Source: Neoconidiobolus thromboides FSU 785 (Eukaryota > Fungi > Entomophthoromycota). From it: a stretch of DNA of 64,000 nucleotides. A program made the position numbers and the translations under genes. The notes under the pieces are model-generated. The model was not told the DNA's origin, searched no databases, and saw nothing but the letters and a program-made list of their open reading frames with translations. This document shows, piece after piece, positions 34,968 to 48,226 of this stretch; the stretch's first letter is position 1, and each line of letters opens with the position of its first letter. Location: the NCBI GenBank assembly GCA_025603075.1, contig MU626369.1, positions 9,360-73,359 on the forward strand, written 5' to 3'.

Positions 34968-36890
34968 TAAAATAAATAAGAAAGATAGAGGAATTAGCTA
35001 CTTGATTTGACTATTTATAGTATTTTATTTAGCATTTCGTTCAAGTTTAATTGATTTAAAACTTTACCCCAACTTTTGGCAACTAAACCGTAAATTAAGT
35101 TCAATTGTTAAGCACCCTTAGTTTGCTTTAATTTTCTAGGAATTTAAATCTGGTATTGACTAAACTTTAATTATACCAATTGAAAAAATGGAACGCTACT
35201 TAATAGTAAAACTGGAGTTTCTAACTTAAGGTGTATAAAAGGAGCAAGTTTATACTGGAGTATTTCATGAAAACAATTAATTGCTATTTTATGACTTATT
35301 AAAAATTGAATAATATTAATATTAATAATTTACGATAAAATGGTTCATTCATAACTTTTCAAAGTGGTATAGTGGAATTAATGGATTGCAAAAAGACAAT
35401 GAAATTAACAATAATAGTATCTAAGTTAATTTCTCAAGTCTTAGCTACAAATTATGCTCCATATTTTATATGGAGAAATGATAGATGAGCTCATGGCTAC
35501 TTTAAATAGTTAAAAGTTAAAATTGAATTATCATAGTACATAAACTTTTAGTATGCTTTATGAACTATCTCAATTTACTTTAAAATTTCGCTCTTTGCGG
35601 CTTGATTTTATAGCTATTCAGTGGATTATCTTCAAAAAGCTCATCATTTCAACCTTTCAAGAATTATAGTTATTTTCATGGAATTGTTTGTTGATCAACA
35701 ACAGTTACTAAATAAGGAATTCTTTTTAAGTGAGGATATCTATTTCAATATGGGGTCGGGTTATTGTCATATTTGATATGTGTACGTTCAATAAAATGGA
35801 TAACCATCTAAGCATAATGACAATAAAATGTACTGCGATGCTTCTTTTAATAAGCAACCTTAAACTTAAGTTCAATGAAAAACCTTAACGTTGGTTTTAA
35901 ATTAATAAAATCCTTTTAACAAAATAAATTTGTAAATTAGCCTTTTTAGGCCATTGATTTTTCCAAAAATTATCGAGTCCTTGCTTACTATTCCCCTGAA
36001 TATTTTTCAAGGCTAAGAACTCAATGGTGTTACACAAAATTAAACTAGATATATTACATTATAGGAAATAGAGTATCAGGGTAATTTAGTCATTGCTTTA
36101 TTTTAATGGGTATTAAAATTAAAAGTTTGTTTAGTGGATAAAATTCAACTTTTTATTATCAGAATAAAACTTTGAATTTACATTTAATGATATTAATTAG
36201 TTTAAAAAGCTAATTTTTTAAAAGCTGTATTTAACCTTAAAAAGCTATAACTTAAGTAACTGAAAATAAAAAAATATGGAGGCATATTTTTAACTCCAGT
36301 TTTGAAAAGAACATTTTTTAAAGCTGCAGGAACTGTATTATGATTTAGCTAACTAGCTATTTTAGAATAAAATATTGCTAAAATATGATAAACCCTGTTA
36401 GTTAGACAGTAAAAAAATCAAATGGTGATGAATGGCTTCAAAATTGCTGCAAATCAGGTTACAATAAATCTATAGCAACTATGAAATTTATATACAAGAA
36501 GTGGGCAAATAAACAAATCTAAAAAAACATTAATATATCAATCTTTATTAAATTGTTAGGGTTTTCTATCTTAATTTATGATTTTGTCATTACAATTTTT
36601 TAAATTGCTTTGTATTTTATAGATCTAAGCTTAAAATTTTAAAGTTTAATAAAAGTTGCAAATATTTATAGTTTAGAATTTTTTTTTATTAAAGTTTTAA
36701 CTTCAATCAAAAAAATAAATACGGGTGTTCAAATGTTTTATTTTTTTATCCAATTTTTAAATATTTTATAATATAAATCACAATAAAATAATTCAAAGGT
36801 ATGTAAATACTTTTAGTTTTTAGTAAAAAAATTATTTTCATAGAGCCAAGCAAGATTTTAAAATATAAGTTGGCAGAATTTTTACTAAAT

Positions 36891-36988
36891 GGGGATGTAT
36901 TTTTGTATTTGAGAATTTTACTAACAAATTTTCCATTTAAATAGCGCTTAAAAGTGGAAAAAATAATGAAGCCAAAAAGAACGCTCCC
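36891..36988 (+). mobile_element. MITE family 1, copy 10
   Basis: AAAT|GGGG...CTCCC|ATTT. Confidence 0.88.
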
Positions 36989-37194
36989 ATTTATTAACTT
37001 AACTATTAATAATTTAAGTAGTATTAACATTTGACAATTGATTTTTGTTATTTAATAAATTACTTGCTTACTAAATATTAAAACTTTCAAACTTATTATC
37101 ATTTTTTTAAAATAAGCTAGGGCTAATTTTTTGATTTTTTACAAATTTCATAGCTCTAATTAAAATTGTATTACTTTTTTTTAATCTAGTATAT

Positions 37195-37290
37195 GTGCAT
37201 GTTTTTTTGATTTCATTACTTTTTCATTTTTAAGCGCTATTTGAGTGGAAAGATTGTTAGTAAAATTCTTAAACAAAAAAATACATCCCT
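37195..37290 (-). mobile_element. MITE family 1, copy 11
   Basis: Reverse-orientation match. Confidence 0.85.
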
Positions 37291-37873
37291 GTATAGTGTT
37301 TTAACTTCAAATTTTTATTTTTGATTCTTAAAATTATAATATGAGTTTATTTTTCAATGTTTATACTTTTTTTAATATTACTATAAAATTAAATTATGCT
37401 ATGGTTTTGTCAAATTGTTGTACAGTGTTTTTTTAGAAGTACACCTTTTTTCAAAGCTACAGTGGCAAACAAAAGTCAATATTAGTCATTTTTATTGCTG
37501 TAGAAAATAAAACAGGTGAGATATCATGGCTTTTATTATAAAACATTAAAGTATTAAAAATAATATTCAATTCCAGCTATAAAAGTAAAGTATAAAATTG
37601 TTTTTATAATGTTTCTTCTAATAAGAAAAAAAGGAAAAGTATAGCTATTGAGTTCACCAATATAAGTTATCCATTCATATGGTTCAAATCAAGTTGTTCG
37701 GATGAGTTCATCTACATCAATTTCAATTTGACCAATATTTAGAGCATTCATTTAATACCATTTTAGGCAACTTGATATAGAAAGGATTAAGCGGAATTTT
37801 ACCATATTTAGAAGCTATTAAATTGAACATTGCATATATAACATGAGTTGAATTTACTTTTGCTATTTTTTAA

Positions 37874-39373
37874 ATGAAATTAGTTGAATTACCTACCGAA
37901 GTAATAGCTCAAATATTATCTGAGCTACACAATACAAAAGATTTATATAACTGTTTATTGACATGTAAATTATTAAATAATGTAGCTAAAGTTGAAGAGA
38001 TATGGAAAGAAAGGATAAGACGGGACTATAGTTTGTTATCTTATGTATCTGAACAGAGCCCAATATTTCGTAAAAGTAAGTTTAAGCAGCTTTACAAGGC
38101 TCTTTCAAATCCAGAGGTGTTTGTATGGGGATCAACCGAAAATGGTAGGAGTGGAATCGATAATGAAACTTTGGATAGTTTGGACGGTATGTATAGTGAA
38201 CTGCATTCGCCCTGTTGGTTAAAAGAAATGTCAAAAAAAGGAGTTTCGAGTATTGTATGTGGAGGATTTATGATGCTAGCATTGACCCATGACAAAAAGG
38301 TATATTTTTGGGGTACATTTAATGGTTCAGTTTATGCATATCCGTATAGTAAAGGAAAAAGTACTCCTATCCAATTAAACGTATTCCCAGCTAATGAAAA
38401 AATTGAACAGTTAAGCTCAGGAAGATATCACGCATTGGCACTAACAGAAGATGGTTTAGTTTATCAGATAGATAACCCAGATACGCTTGCTTGCCTAATT
38501 GAGCTCTCGAACGATAGTAGCCCAATTATACAAATAGCAGCTGGTTTTAGCTCTAATTTAGTATTAACTAAAGATAATAAGATATACTATTGGAATTATG
38601 AATATAGTATCAAAAGCAAAAGCTACTTTGAGCTTGTGTATACTTTAAATGAAAATGAAAAGTTTATTAAGATAGCAGCAGGTGATAAATTTAGTTTAGC
38701 ACTGACAAACCAAGGCCGAGTCATTTATTGGGCAACTTTTCAACTTAGAGAGCCTGAAACTGAAAGTATAGGTGAACCAGTAAGTAAGTGGGAGTTAACC
38801 CATCAAAACAGCTTAGATGGTAAAGTATTGAATCAAGTGGCAGATTTCAAAGTTAGTCATATCACTGCTCAATTCGAGAATTTTGCAGTATTTTCAGAAA
38901 ATCAAGAATTATGGATTGGTATAATAAGAATGGAAGGTGGAATTGAAGGGGATGAACCGTACTTATCTATTGAAATCAATTTGCGTGAAGACTTAGGTAA
39001 AGGTAAGCCAATCCAAGTTAGTTTTGGTGACTGGCACACCGCTGTGCTTATGGAGGAAGGTAGACTATATACGTGGGGTGAACATGGACTTGGCCATGGA
39101 CAGCCTACTAGCAGGTTTAACCCTACTACTGTAGTAGAGCCTAAATTAGTGTCTTATTTTGGTGATGACTATTTTGTATTTTATACAGCATGTGCGGGCT
39201 GGCATACAGCTGCACTTGCAGTTAATCTTAGAGATCTAAATGCTACTCCTCCGGAGTATCCTATCCAAGAAAGAACCCAACAAGTTAATAGATTAGCTGA
39301 CCTCCTTACACAAATAGTCAACAGCTTCGTCCAATTGAGGGGTGAAGTGACCTTTCAATCAGGTCGACATTAA
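37874..39373 (+). CDS. F-box protein with RCC1 repeats (Saf1/Pof9-like SCF adaptor)
   Basis: N-terminal LVELPTEVIAQIL F-box; repeats VFVWGS, QLSSGRYHALAL, KIAAGDKFSLAL, VSFGDWHTAVL, ACAGWHTAAL. Confidence 0.9.
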   Translation: MKLVELPTEVIAQILSELHNTKDLYNCLLTCKLLNNVAKVEEIWKERIRRDYSLLSYVSEQSPIFRKSKFKQLYKALSNPEVFVWGSTENGRSGIDNETLDSLDGMYSELHSPCWLKEMSKKGVSSIVCGGFMMLALTHDKKVYFWGTFNGSVYAYPYSKGKSTPIQLNVFPANEKIEQLSSGRYHALALTEDGLVYQIDNPDTLACLIELSNDSSPIIQIAAGFSSNLVLTKDNKIYYWNYEYSIKSKSYFELVYTLNENEKFIKIAAGDKFSLALTNQGRVIYWATFQLREPETESIGEPVSKWELTHQNSLDGKVLNQVADFKVSHITAQFENFAVFSENQELWIGIIRMEGGIEGDEPYLSIEINLREDLGKGKPIQVSFGDWHTAVLMEEGRLYTWGEHGLGHGQPTSRFNPTTVVEPKLVSYFGDDYFVFYTACAGWHTAALAVNLRDLNATPPEYPIQERTQQVNRLADLLTQIVNSFVQLRGEVTFQSGRH

Positions 39374-39800
39374 TAAAATTTGTTCAAAAAAAGCCTTGAT
39401 TTTTCTATCTTAAAATATTTTGAGTATCCTTGAATCTGATTCTTGGCATATGTTATTTTGTATTTTTTACTTTTATAAGTTATTGTAAAATAGATACACG
39501 ATTTGAAAAAATCGGATTAAAAAAGACTTGAGTAGTTATGGTGTATATCAGGTGGTAGAATTTAAAAATGACTTTAGATTGTATTAACTGTCAATAAAAG
39601 ATATAGACAGTTTATTAAAAATTCATTAGTTAATATTTTAGCTAGATCCCATATATCTCCTTTCAAAATGGGTTTATAAGCTTCTTTGTTTTTGCTAACC
39701 GAGTTAATTGAAAACAAAATGATTAACGTTTATAGCATAGAATATGAGTAGTAAATTACCTATTGGCTTTTAAGTACTATTATTAATATTTACTTGATAT

Positions 39801-39894
39801 AGGAATGTAATTGTGTTTAAGAATTTTACTAACAGTATTTCCGCTCAAATAGTGCTTAAAAGATGGAAAAAGCAATGAAGCAAAAAAAACTTCC
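39801..39894 (+). mobile_element. MITE family 1, copy 12
   Basis: Consensus match; AT on both flanks. Confidence 0.85.
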
Positions 39895-40359
39895 ATATGT
39901 TTTAAATAGCTTGGTGTCCAATGTTAGATAAATACCGCTTTGCTGAAATGAATTTTTTAAATTTCTCAAACTTTACTTAATGACTTATCTGATTCTTACA
40001 GACAGTATCAAATCGAGGCTAGCTTGTATAAATCAATTCAACTTTTTATTGTAAAATTTAATATATTAGCACAGTTTTTAATAAAAATCATTGTAGTTTT
40101 TTATCTTAAATTTAATCATAATCCGAGTTTTTGTTTCGAATTGTAGCTTTTATTTTCAACACTGTTAGTCTTTTTATAATTGGTATCAGCGCAGGATATG
40201 AGCAAATAGTCGTATAAACATGAGTAAAAATACTGATATAATTTGAAAATTGTATAAATTATCCCAACTGGGCAACGAATTGAAGTATTAAACCTTAAAA
40301 TATGAATAAATTAAGTTGATATTTTAAATAAATAGTTTAATAAAAGAAAAATAACTATT

Positions 40360-43300
40360 TTATTTTAAATCCAAAAACCCATCTTGGTCCCAAGCTTCTA
40401 GATATTTAAATAAAAGTATAGAATCTATCTCTGGAGATTGATGACAATAAGGAAAAGTTTGTAGCGAACAAAGGTGGATCAATTCGTCAACAGATGATGA
40501 ATTTGAATAGATAGTAAAAAAGCTAGCTAAAGAAGTAATGGGATTAGGCTCTGTAGTTTGAAATTCATCCTTCTTAAGCATATCGATAAACTTTTGATTC
40601 CTCACAATATCAAATTGAAACCCACAGTCTCTTAATAATTTTAAAATAAGACTAAACGAGTTAGTCACTGGACTCATAATATAATGTATATTGTCATCCT
40701 TATTCTTATTACTTCCAGAAAGTTGGAACTCAACTAAAGCTTTGGCAGCATAATCGACTGGTATCCAGTTAATCGACATAAATGTTTCTGGTGCTACTTT
40801 CATAGTATAGATATTTTTAACTAGTAAAGGAAAATATTCACTAGTATTCCAAATACCATTAATACTATCTCCAGAAACTTGGCCTATACGATGAATGGAA
40901 ATATTTAAATTGTAATGACCGGCCCACTTTAACAAGATATTTTCAGTGACCAACTTGGATAAGTTATAACCATTGGAATAAGTTAAGTTCATTAACTTCG
41001 AATTTAGTTCATTTTGCTTTTGTATCAGTAAACTATTAGCACTATTATTCAAATCAATCTTAGGAAATAAGGCACCAATACTTGATATAAAATGAAAGTC
41101 AATATAATATTTGCTTTTGTTACAGAAGTTTAACAAGCTTACAGTGCTTTCAATGCACTCTTTAAACGAACTCAACTGATTTAAAAAATTTACTTTCCAA
41201 CCAGAGTGATAGATAACATTAGTCTCATTTAGTAAATGTTGGTATTCATTGTCATTGAGACCAAATTGAGCATTGTTATTATTATAGTTTAATACTTTAA
41301 TCTTTTTCCATTCTTTTTGATTGAGTTGAATTTTTCTTTGTTCAAAGCTCTTTTTCAATTTCAATTCACTATGTCCAATAGTGTCCCCTCTTACCAAAGC
41401 ATAGATTTTTTTGATATTGCTTAGTTTTATTAATTGCTGAATCAAAAAATTACTTAAAGATCCATTAGCACCAGTGATTAATACATTTAATTTTTTTTTA
41501 TTTGTTTCTTTTTGGTTATTTATATATTTATTATTACTTGGAAATATCGTATATTTTTTAATTAAATTATTGACCTGAGATTGATATTCGTTTAATGTAT
41601 CATAATCATTATTGCAATTGCCAACATTATTTAACACATTAAAAATATTAATTGATAACAATTGAATAGTATCATTTTGATAGATAGTGTTAACATTTAA
41701 TGAATTTAAATTGTATTCTTTTATTATGAATTTTTTATATTTGATAACACATAAAGAATCCATACCATTATTAAAGAAATTATCATTGAGTTGAATTAGT
41801 TTATTGGTAATCTTTTTAAAATAGAATTGCAATTTATGTTGTATTGTTACAATTGTATTTCTATCGTTATTATTTAATGTGACACTGACACTACTGTTAT
41901 TACTATTATCAGTAAACTGATAATATAGATGATCGATTTCTTCTTTAAATAATACTTCATTCTTTTTACGTATAATATTTCCTTTAGCTGTAGTAATAAA
42001 TGATTTGTGATATCTGGAAGGTAAAATAAGCACTAATTCTTTAAAAATTCTAGAATGAGAAGGTATTGTTTTATTGATATTTTGAATTTGTTTATAAATT
42101 GATTGTTGGATAACCTCAAATGGATTGTTATTATCGTTCAACTCGATAATAGCACAGTTATACAATTGATTTGCACCATAAATTTGAGAATGCTTGATAA
42201 ATATATTGCTATTTAATTCCGCTTCAATTGAGTTTGGATTTGTTTTAGTTCCATTAATATGGACAATGATATCATCTGCTCTTCCAATGATTTTAAATAT
42301 TAGCTCATTTTTTTCTTGATTATGAGTAACAACTTTAATAAGATCACCTAAAAGATAACCCTCTTCATTATCTTCAATCAAATCAGAAGCCAATCCTTTA
42401 TCATGTTTCAAAATAAGGAACTGTGCTATATCATTAGAATGATAGATTAGACGATATTGAATATGCTGAAAGAAATGAAAATGATCAAATGAATGTATAT
42501 TTTTTGAAATCAAACTAGTAGCTAAAAACCCAGTTTCTGTAGACCCATAACAATTTGTAATAGTCAAATTATTAGCTTGACATTGCTGAATAACTTCATT
42601 GGGTAATATTGCCCCTGCTGTAAAGATATTTGCTAACTTTAATAACACTTGCCAATAGCTTGGGTTTTGGTTACAATACTCTATAATTTGCTTTATTAAA
42701 AAGGGTAATAATATTAAGTAATTGGCATTATAAAACTCGATTTCTTTTATTATTTGTTGACTGTACATTTGATTTATGTTTATCATAACTAAGGTTGATA
42801 AATTAAATATGCTTTTGATAAAATTTGTTAATCCTAAACCATGATAAAGGGGAGCATACATTATACCCACACCTAAAAATGAGTTATAATCAATTTCATT
42901 TAGATATCTTTTCATCAACTCAAATACATAATCATCAGATATATAGACCAATTTTGGGTAAGAGCATGTTCCAGAAGAATGTAAAACAAAACAAAGATTT
43001 GATAAATTGGTATAAGGAGTAATAGAGGAATGACTTATATTTAACAACTCATTGTAATTGTTTATATCAAAACTATTGATTAAGGTTAAATTTGGTATTC
43101 CTTTTTTACATTCTTCAGCTAATTGTTGTGTACTATCATCATAGACAAGTATAGTTGATGAACTTTGTTGAATTAAATGAACTAAAATATTGCTACTATT
43201 TTTAACTGATAATATAATTGGAACCAAATTAAGCTTCAATAAACTTAAAAAATTAATGGGATAGTCAATAGTGCTATCTGCTAAATAGCATACTGGTATA

Positions 43301-43530
43301 AATCCTTTTTCATTTACTTCAAGTGGATGTTGCAATTGCTTTTGAAAGTTAATACTTGCTTGTAATAACAACTCATTTAATAATTGGAAAGAAATCGATC
43401 TTATTTCATCACCTTTTAAATATTTTAGTAGAATGTTAGTAGGGTGATGTTTAACATGATAGTTTACTACATCTATCAAATTTGAGTTATGAATTTTCAA
43501 AAATAAGTCGTTAAGTTGATTCAAATTCAT
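40360..43530 (-). CDS. NRPS-like A-T-R enzyme (carboxylic acid reductase type), intronless
   Basis: A domain (HSSGTCSYPK, YGSTETG, GRADD, TAKGNIIR), T domain (NGMDSL), R domain (ITGANGSL, YNLSK, HRIGQVSGD, PVDYAA). Confidence 0.92.
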   Translation of the reverse strand: MNLNQLNDLFLKIHNSNLIDVVNYHVKHHPTNILLKYLKGDEIRSISFQLLNELLLQASINFQKQLQHPLEVNEKGFIPVCYLADSTIDYPINFLSLLKLNLVPIILSVKNSSNILVHLIQQSSSTILVYDDSTQQLAEECKKGIPNLTLINSFDINNYNELLNISHSSITPYTNLSNLCFVLHSSGTCSYPKLVYISDDYVFELMKRYLNEIDYNSFLGVGIMYAPLYHGLGLTNFIKSIFNLSTLVMININQMYSQQIIKEIEFYNANYLILLPFLIKQIIEYCNQNPSYWQVLLKLANIFTAGAILPNEVIQQCQANNLTITNCYGSTETGFLATSLISKNIHSFDHFHFFQHIQYRLIYHSNDIAQFLILKHDKGLASDLIEDNEEGYLLGDLIKVVTHNQEKNELIFKIIGRADDIIVHINGTKTNPNSIEAELNSNIFIKHSQIYGANQLYNCAIIELNDNNNPFEVIQQSIYKQIQNINKTIPSHSRIFKELVLILPSRYHKSFITTAKGNIIRKKNEVLFKEEIDHLYYQFTDNSNNSSVSVTLNNNDRNTIVTIQHKLQFYFKKITNKLIQLNDNFFNNGMDSLCVIKYKKFIIKEYNLNSLNVNTIYQNDTIQLLSINIFNVLNNVGNCNNDYDTLNEYQSQVNNLIKKYTIFPSNNKYINNQKETNKKKLNVLITGANGSLSNFLIQQLIKLSNIKKIYALVRGDTIGHSELKLKKSFEQRKIQLNQKEWKKIKVLNYNNNNAQFGLNDNEYQHLLNETNVIYHSGWKVNFLNQLSSFKECIESTVSLLNFCNKSKYYIDFHFISSIGALFPKIDLNNSANSLLIQKQNELNSKLMNLTYSNGYNLSKLVTENILLKWAGHYNLNISIHRIGQVSGDSINGIWNTSEYFPLLVKNIYTMKVAPETFMSINWIPVDYAAKALVEFQLSGSNKNKDDNIHYIMSPVTNSFSLILKLLRDCGFQFDIVRNQKFIDMLKKDEFQTTEPNPITSLASFFTIYSNSSSVDELIHLCSLQTFPYCHQSPEIDSILLFKYLEAWDQDGFLDLK

Positions 43531-45088
43531 TTAATTTTTTTAGATACTTTTACTATTATGCTCTCTTTATACTTTTCTTAGTTTCGTTTAATTACAATAA
43601 AACAGGAATAAAAGTCAAAAAGTTTATACCTAGCAGTAGTTTTAAAGCATGAAATGTTCCAGATTGAGCTACCAAACATTTGAGGGTGGGATAAATATAA
43701 TCAATGCCGCCAGAATATATTTTAAATTACTATATTTAAAACCCTGGTACAATAAAAATATCCTTATTTATTCCAAAAAAGCTTAATGATAGTATTTTAC
43801 ATATTATTCCTACTTTTGACTGAAATTTTCTTCTGTCAATTGTATGTATGCTTTTGACATCAAAAAATGAAGGACTTTGCTAAACAGCTACTTTTTGTCA
43901 GTAATTTGATTTATTATTTTTGTTAGAATAAATTCGTTATATTAAATTATATAACAATAACATGACTTATTAACTGGAACAAATACAAATATAAACATGG
44001 TAATTAGGGTAGCACTTATTTATTAAACATGGTAGGTAAGTAAATGGCTAGATTTACACTATTTGGTAATAAATAATATCAATATTCATTCTTTTTATGT
44101 CCAAATAAAAAATCTTTAATTGAATTATATATTATTGATTTACCTCTTAATTATAACTAATCTCTAATAGGAGGCCTCTAGATATATCCAAAGAACGCTA
44201 AAGCATTGCTATGGTATTAGATCTTGTTTTCTAACACTTCCTACTTTCACAGTATATATGAGCTTAATATAAAAACAATAAGTTTTTAATAGAGGACTAA
44301 AACGAATACTGAGTTAAAGTCAAATTTATTAGTATAATATAAAGCTTTGAAAAAAATCCCTGTATGTAATGAATGAGTTACAATTAAATTTTTGAGGATG
44401 TAAACACAGTTTTAAATTCTGGTTAGTTGTAACATCATTTAATAAAATAAAAAATTATTATGACCTGATGTACAATAATTGAAGTCAAATGACAGTCGTA
44501 AGCATGATACAAAAGGTCAAGAATTTTTAATAAAAATAAGGACTACTTTTGATTTGAAATACCATATTAGCTGCTTTATTACTTTTATTGGTATATTTAC
44601 TTAAAATTCTTCTGAGAAAATAACACCACTCACTTCAAGTATCAAACATACCCTTATCATATCAGTTTCAAAAACCCCACATTATGCTACTTATTTAGGA
44701 CTCAAAACGCTATAAAGTTATTTTCAATATTTTATTAGTTAGTAAATTAAGGATGTGAAAATAATAAAGTCATCGGAGTTCTAGTTCAAGTTAATAAAAA
44801 TATATCAAAATTAAAGTTGCTAATTTTATAGTCCAAATAGCCATTTAATACTTTAAATTAAATCAAGTAGGATAGTGCATTGAGACATTATTAATTGCTT
44901 TAATGATATTTGATTAAGGTTTAGGATCCAAAGAAAATTTAAAAATAATTTAGAAGTAAGGATTTATCTTTAATTTTCCTAAATAGTTATTAAGATTGAA
45001 GTTAATTTTGTTAAAGGGAAAACAAAAAAAGAATACGAATAATAAACAATGCAATAGTTCACATCCATTTCAATAGTTCAGTTCGCTA

Positions 45089-45382
45089 TCATGGTTTTTG
45101 CTGTACTACTAGTGGTTGTTCTGCTGCTTTTTGCTCTAGTCTAGTTGCTTCTTGTTGTTGTTCCATTACTTGTGTGGTATTCTTTTGACTTGGATTTTCA
45201 TTTGTTTTTTCAGGCACCGTATATAATATCGAATTAATTATATTATCTATCATATTAGCTTGAAGCGGTAAAATAGGACGAACTAATACACCTAATCTGG
45301 AGTAATCATCATTAAACGGTACTATATTACAAGTTGATAGGATAATAAAAAGGAAAAAGTAAAGTAGAGAAAAAAATAGCAT
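45089..45382 (-). CDS. Putative small secreted protein (97 aa)
   Basis: Hydrophobic N-terminus MLFFSLLYFFLFIILSTC and a Q/E-rich tail. Confidence 0.5.
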   Translation of the reverse strand: MLFFSLLYFFLFIILSTCNIVPFNDDYSRLGVLVRPILPLQANMIDNIINSILYTVPEKTNENPSQKNTTQVMEQQQEATRLEQKAAEQPLVVQQKP

Positions 45383-45957
45383 TATTAAAAAAAGTAATAG
45401 AGAAATTAAAAGAATAAAAAGATAAAAAATGATAAGTTTATATAAATGTTTATTATATATAAATAAAAATTGAACCAGTTAGTACCCTTTTATTGATATT
45501 ATATTTTATTGATGTTAGTTTTAAACTGACTACTTTTTAATAATAAACATTGAAAATTAATGATTTCAGGTATACTACTTAAAGTCAACTAAACCCAGCT
45601 AACATTTAAAAATTTCGTTAAACGTTTAAAATTCAAATCTATAACGATTTCTATAAATGGATTTAGCTCCCATCAAGTGGCAAGCTTTAAATCTTTAAAA
45701 CCAAAATGATTTCAGAAAATAACTAGGAAAAAAATCATTAAAATAGCATTAATGCTCCGATGAGAGTTTTTAGATCTTTACTGTAAGAGGAAGTGTTTTT
45801 TAATCTTAATTAGATAGGGAAAAAGTTATTAAAGGAATTTATCAATAGACGAGCTAAAGTGGAAGAGATATACCAATTCTTAATTGTGATAAAGTTGAGA
45901 CCAAAGGTTGGTCAAAAATTTGATTATTGAAGTTTACTTTTGATTAGAACAAGGTAC

Positions 45958-46055
45958 GGGGATGTATTTTTGTGTTTAAGAGTTTGACTAATAATCTTTT
46001 CACTCAAATAATGTTTAGAAATGGAAAAAGTGATGAAATCAAAAAAAACATCCTC
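45958..46055 (+). mobile_element. MITE family 1, copy 13
   Basis: Consensus match. Confidence 0.87.
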
Positions 46056-46310
46056 ATACAGTTAATACGTTTTGTCTTTTTTAATCTGGAGATATTTCTT
46101 TTAAATAGAAGTTAAAAGCTATATCCAATTAAACACCTTGAATTTCATATTAAAATAATTGAACTTCAAATTAAAAACAAAAAGCTACCTTTAATTTCAA
46201 ATTGCTCAAAGGAGCTAATAAACTAAGTGAAAAAATTATTGGTAGTTGAAATGAAAGAGATAAGGGATATTTTAAAAAAAATTATATTATAGTATTAAAA
46301 GAAAGAAATA

Positions 46311-46400
46311 GAGACTATTTTTTGGTTTCATCACTTTTTCCATTTTTAAGCACTGTTTGAACGGAAAGATTGTTAGTAAAATTTTAAAAAATACATCTCC
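46311..46400 (-). mobile_element. MITE family 1, copy 14
   Basis: Reverse-orientation match with degenerate ends. Confidence 0.8.
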
Positions 46401-46613
46401 AAATAAAAAGTCAAAATAGATAATAATTGTATATTTAAGTTAATAAAAGATTTAATTAAGATTGTAATAATTTATTGAATTGATTTTAACTGAGTTTAAA
46501 AATTGACACGGATAAATAATTATTTAGTTTTTATGTATAAAATAGAAATAATTCATATACTAAGTAAAATCAAAATAATTTATTATCAGAAATCTTTTAG
46601 AAATTTAACATTT

Positions 46614-46712
46614 GGGAATGTATTTTTGTGTTTATGAATCCTACTAACAATCTTTTCGTTTAAATAGCACTTAAAAATGAAAAAAGTAATGAAGCCAAAA
46701 AAAAACATCCTC
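46614..46712 (+). mobile_element. MITE family 1, copy 15
   Basis: Consensus match. Confidence 0.87.
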
Positions 46713-46841
46713 ATATAATAAATGGAATATTTTATTACTTTGATTTTTAAAATTTATTTTAAATTTAATCTAATCTCTCTTACTTTAAATAATTCCACTC
46801 ATCAGAAACAATTACTTTTATTAACTTGATTGTCTTATCGA

Positions 46842-48226
46842 TTACATACCCCAACCAGTTAAATTATACCACCTTAAATTACATGAAGTATTGGCCATCA
46901 ATTCAGATGAAAATTTCGGATCACAAGCACATACTGGCCCCACTTTTCCATTTTCCCCTTTAGCTTGATTTTTTGGACAATATTGATAAGGATGTTTATA
47001 AAAACCAATTTGATCAAAGAAATGAATTTGATTTCGATTTAAAGCAAAGTTAAGAAATAATGTTTTAATTGGTCCTTCTGCCCATCGTTCATAAAAGATA
47101 CCCCCTTGTTTTTCAAGCTCATTAAAGTAATCGAGATATTTTTGATTACGAAAGACTGAAAAAGAAGCCACTTCAAAACTATTCCAATAATGACAAAGAT
47201 TATATGTGTTTCCTAAATAAGATAAAATTTCAATTTCAATTTAAAATAAAAAGAAAAGTATCTTAAATATTACCTTCATCTTCAGATACAAATTCTAGAT
47301 CTTTTTTATTAATAGTATTAAAATGTTCTTTTGTTACAGACCATAAACTTTTAATAGTATCTTCTAATTCATATACTGATTGAGTAAAACCGTATAATTT
47401 CTTATTATTTTTTAATTCTTCAAATGGATCTTTCATATCACAATTAAATTGAGCACCTCCATCAATCTTCATATAATAATCAAATTCTTTAGTTAATTCA
47501 TGTCGAAAAAAGAAGCCAGTCCAATATCTATTATAATGAAGTATTAATATAAAAAATTAAATTACTATTATTATTAAATATTTCTATATTTATGTATTTA
47601 TATTACCTATTATGATGTCGAAATAATAATGAATCAGCATGTATAACATTTAACTCTTTTCTAGCTTTCCTTGCTTTTTGACGATCAATATCTTTTGGTA
47701 TAGACCAATGTTTATAAGGTATAACACCAAATTTCAATTTTGCTTTAGTTAAATAAGATAACAATAACATTGTTTTCTCACTTAATGGTTTTGGACTTAA
47801 TATAACATATGGATAATTATATTTAGAATTAAATCGATCTTCAATTTCTCTTATTGAATATCGGAGATTTTTGATTTCTTCTCCTCCTCCTTCCATGGTT
47901 TCATCTTCTAAAACTACAGCAAGTAAACAGGCTTTAATTGAGTTATCTTCATTATCTTCATTATCTTCATTATCTTCATTGTAAATATAATTTGTTTGAA
48001 TTCGATCATTAGCTAAAGTAATCTCTTCTAAAGATAATTCATGTAATAACTCATTTTGTTCTAGATTTAACCATAAATTATTGTTCAATTTAGAGATGGG
48101 ATATTCATATTTCAATTCAAATATTAAATCTTCGTCTAGTTTTAAAAGTTGATTGAATAAGTAAATGGAACTAACAATGAGTAATAGGACAATTACTATT
48201 ATACTTTTTTTACTTGGAGTTATCAT
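46842..48226 (-). CDS. Alpha-1,2-mannosyltransferase, GT15 (Kre2/Mnt1/Ktr family); introns 47528-47606 and 47213-47273
   Basis: Type II membrane anchor; YSIREIEDRFNSKYNYPYV, RYWTGFFFRH, YNLCHYWNSFEVA and FYERWAEGPI motifs join in frame. Confidence 0.92.
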
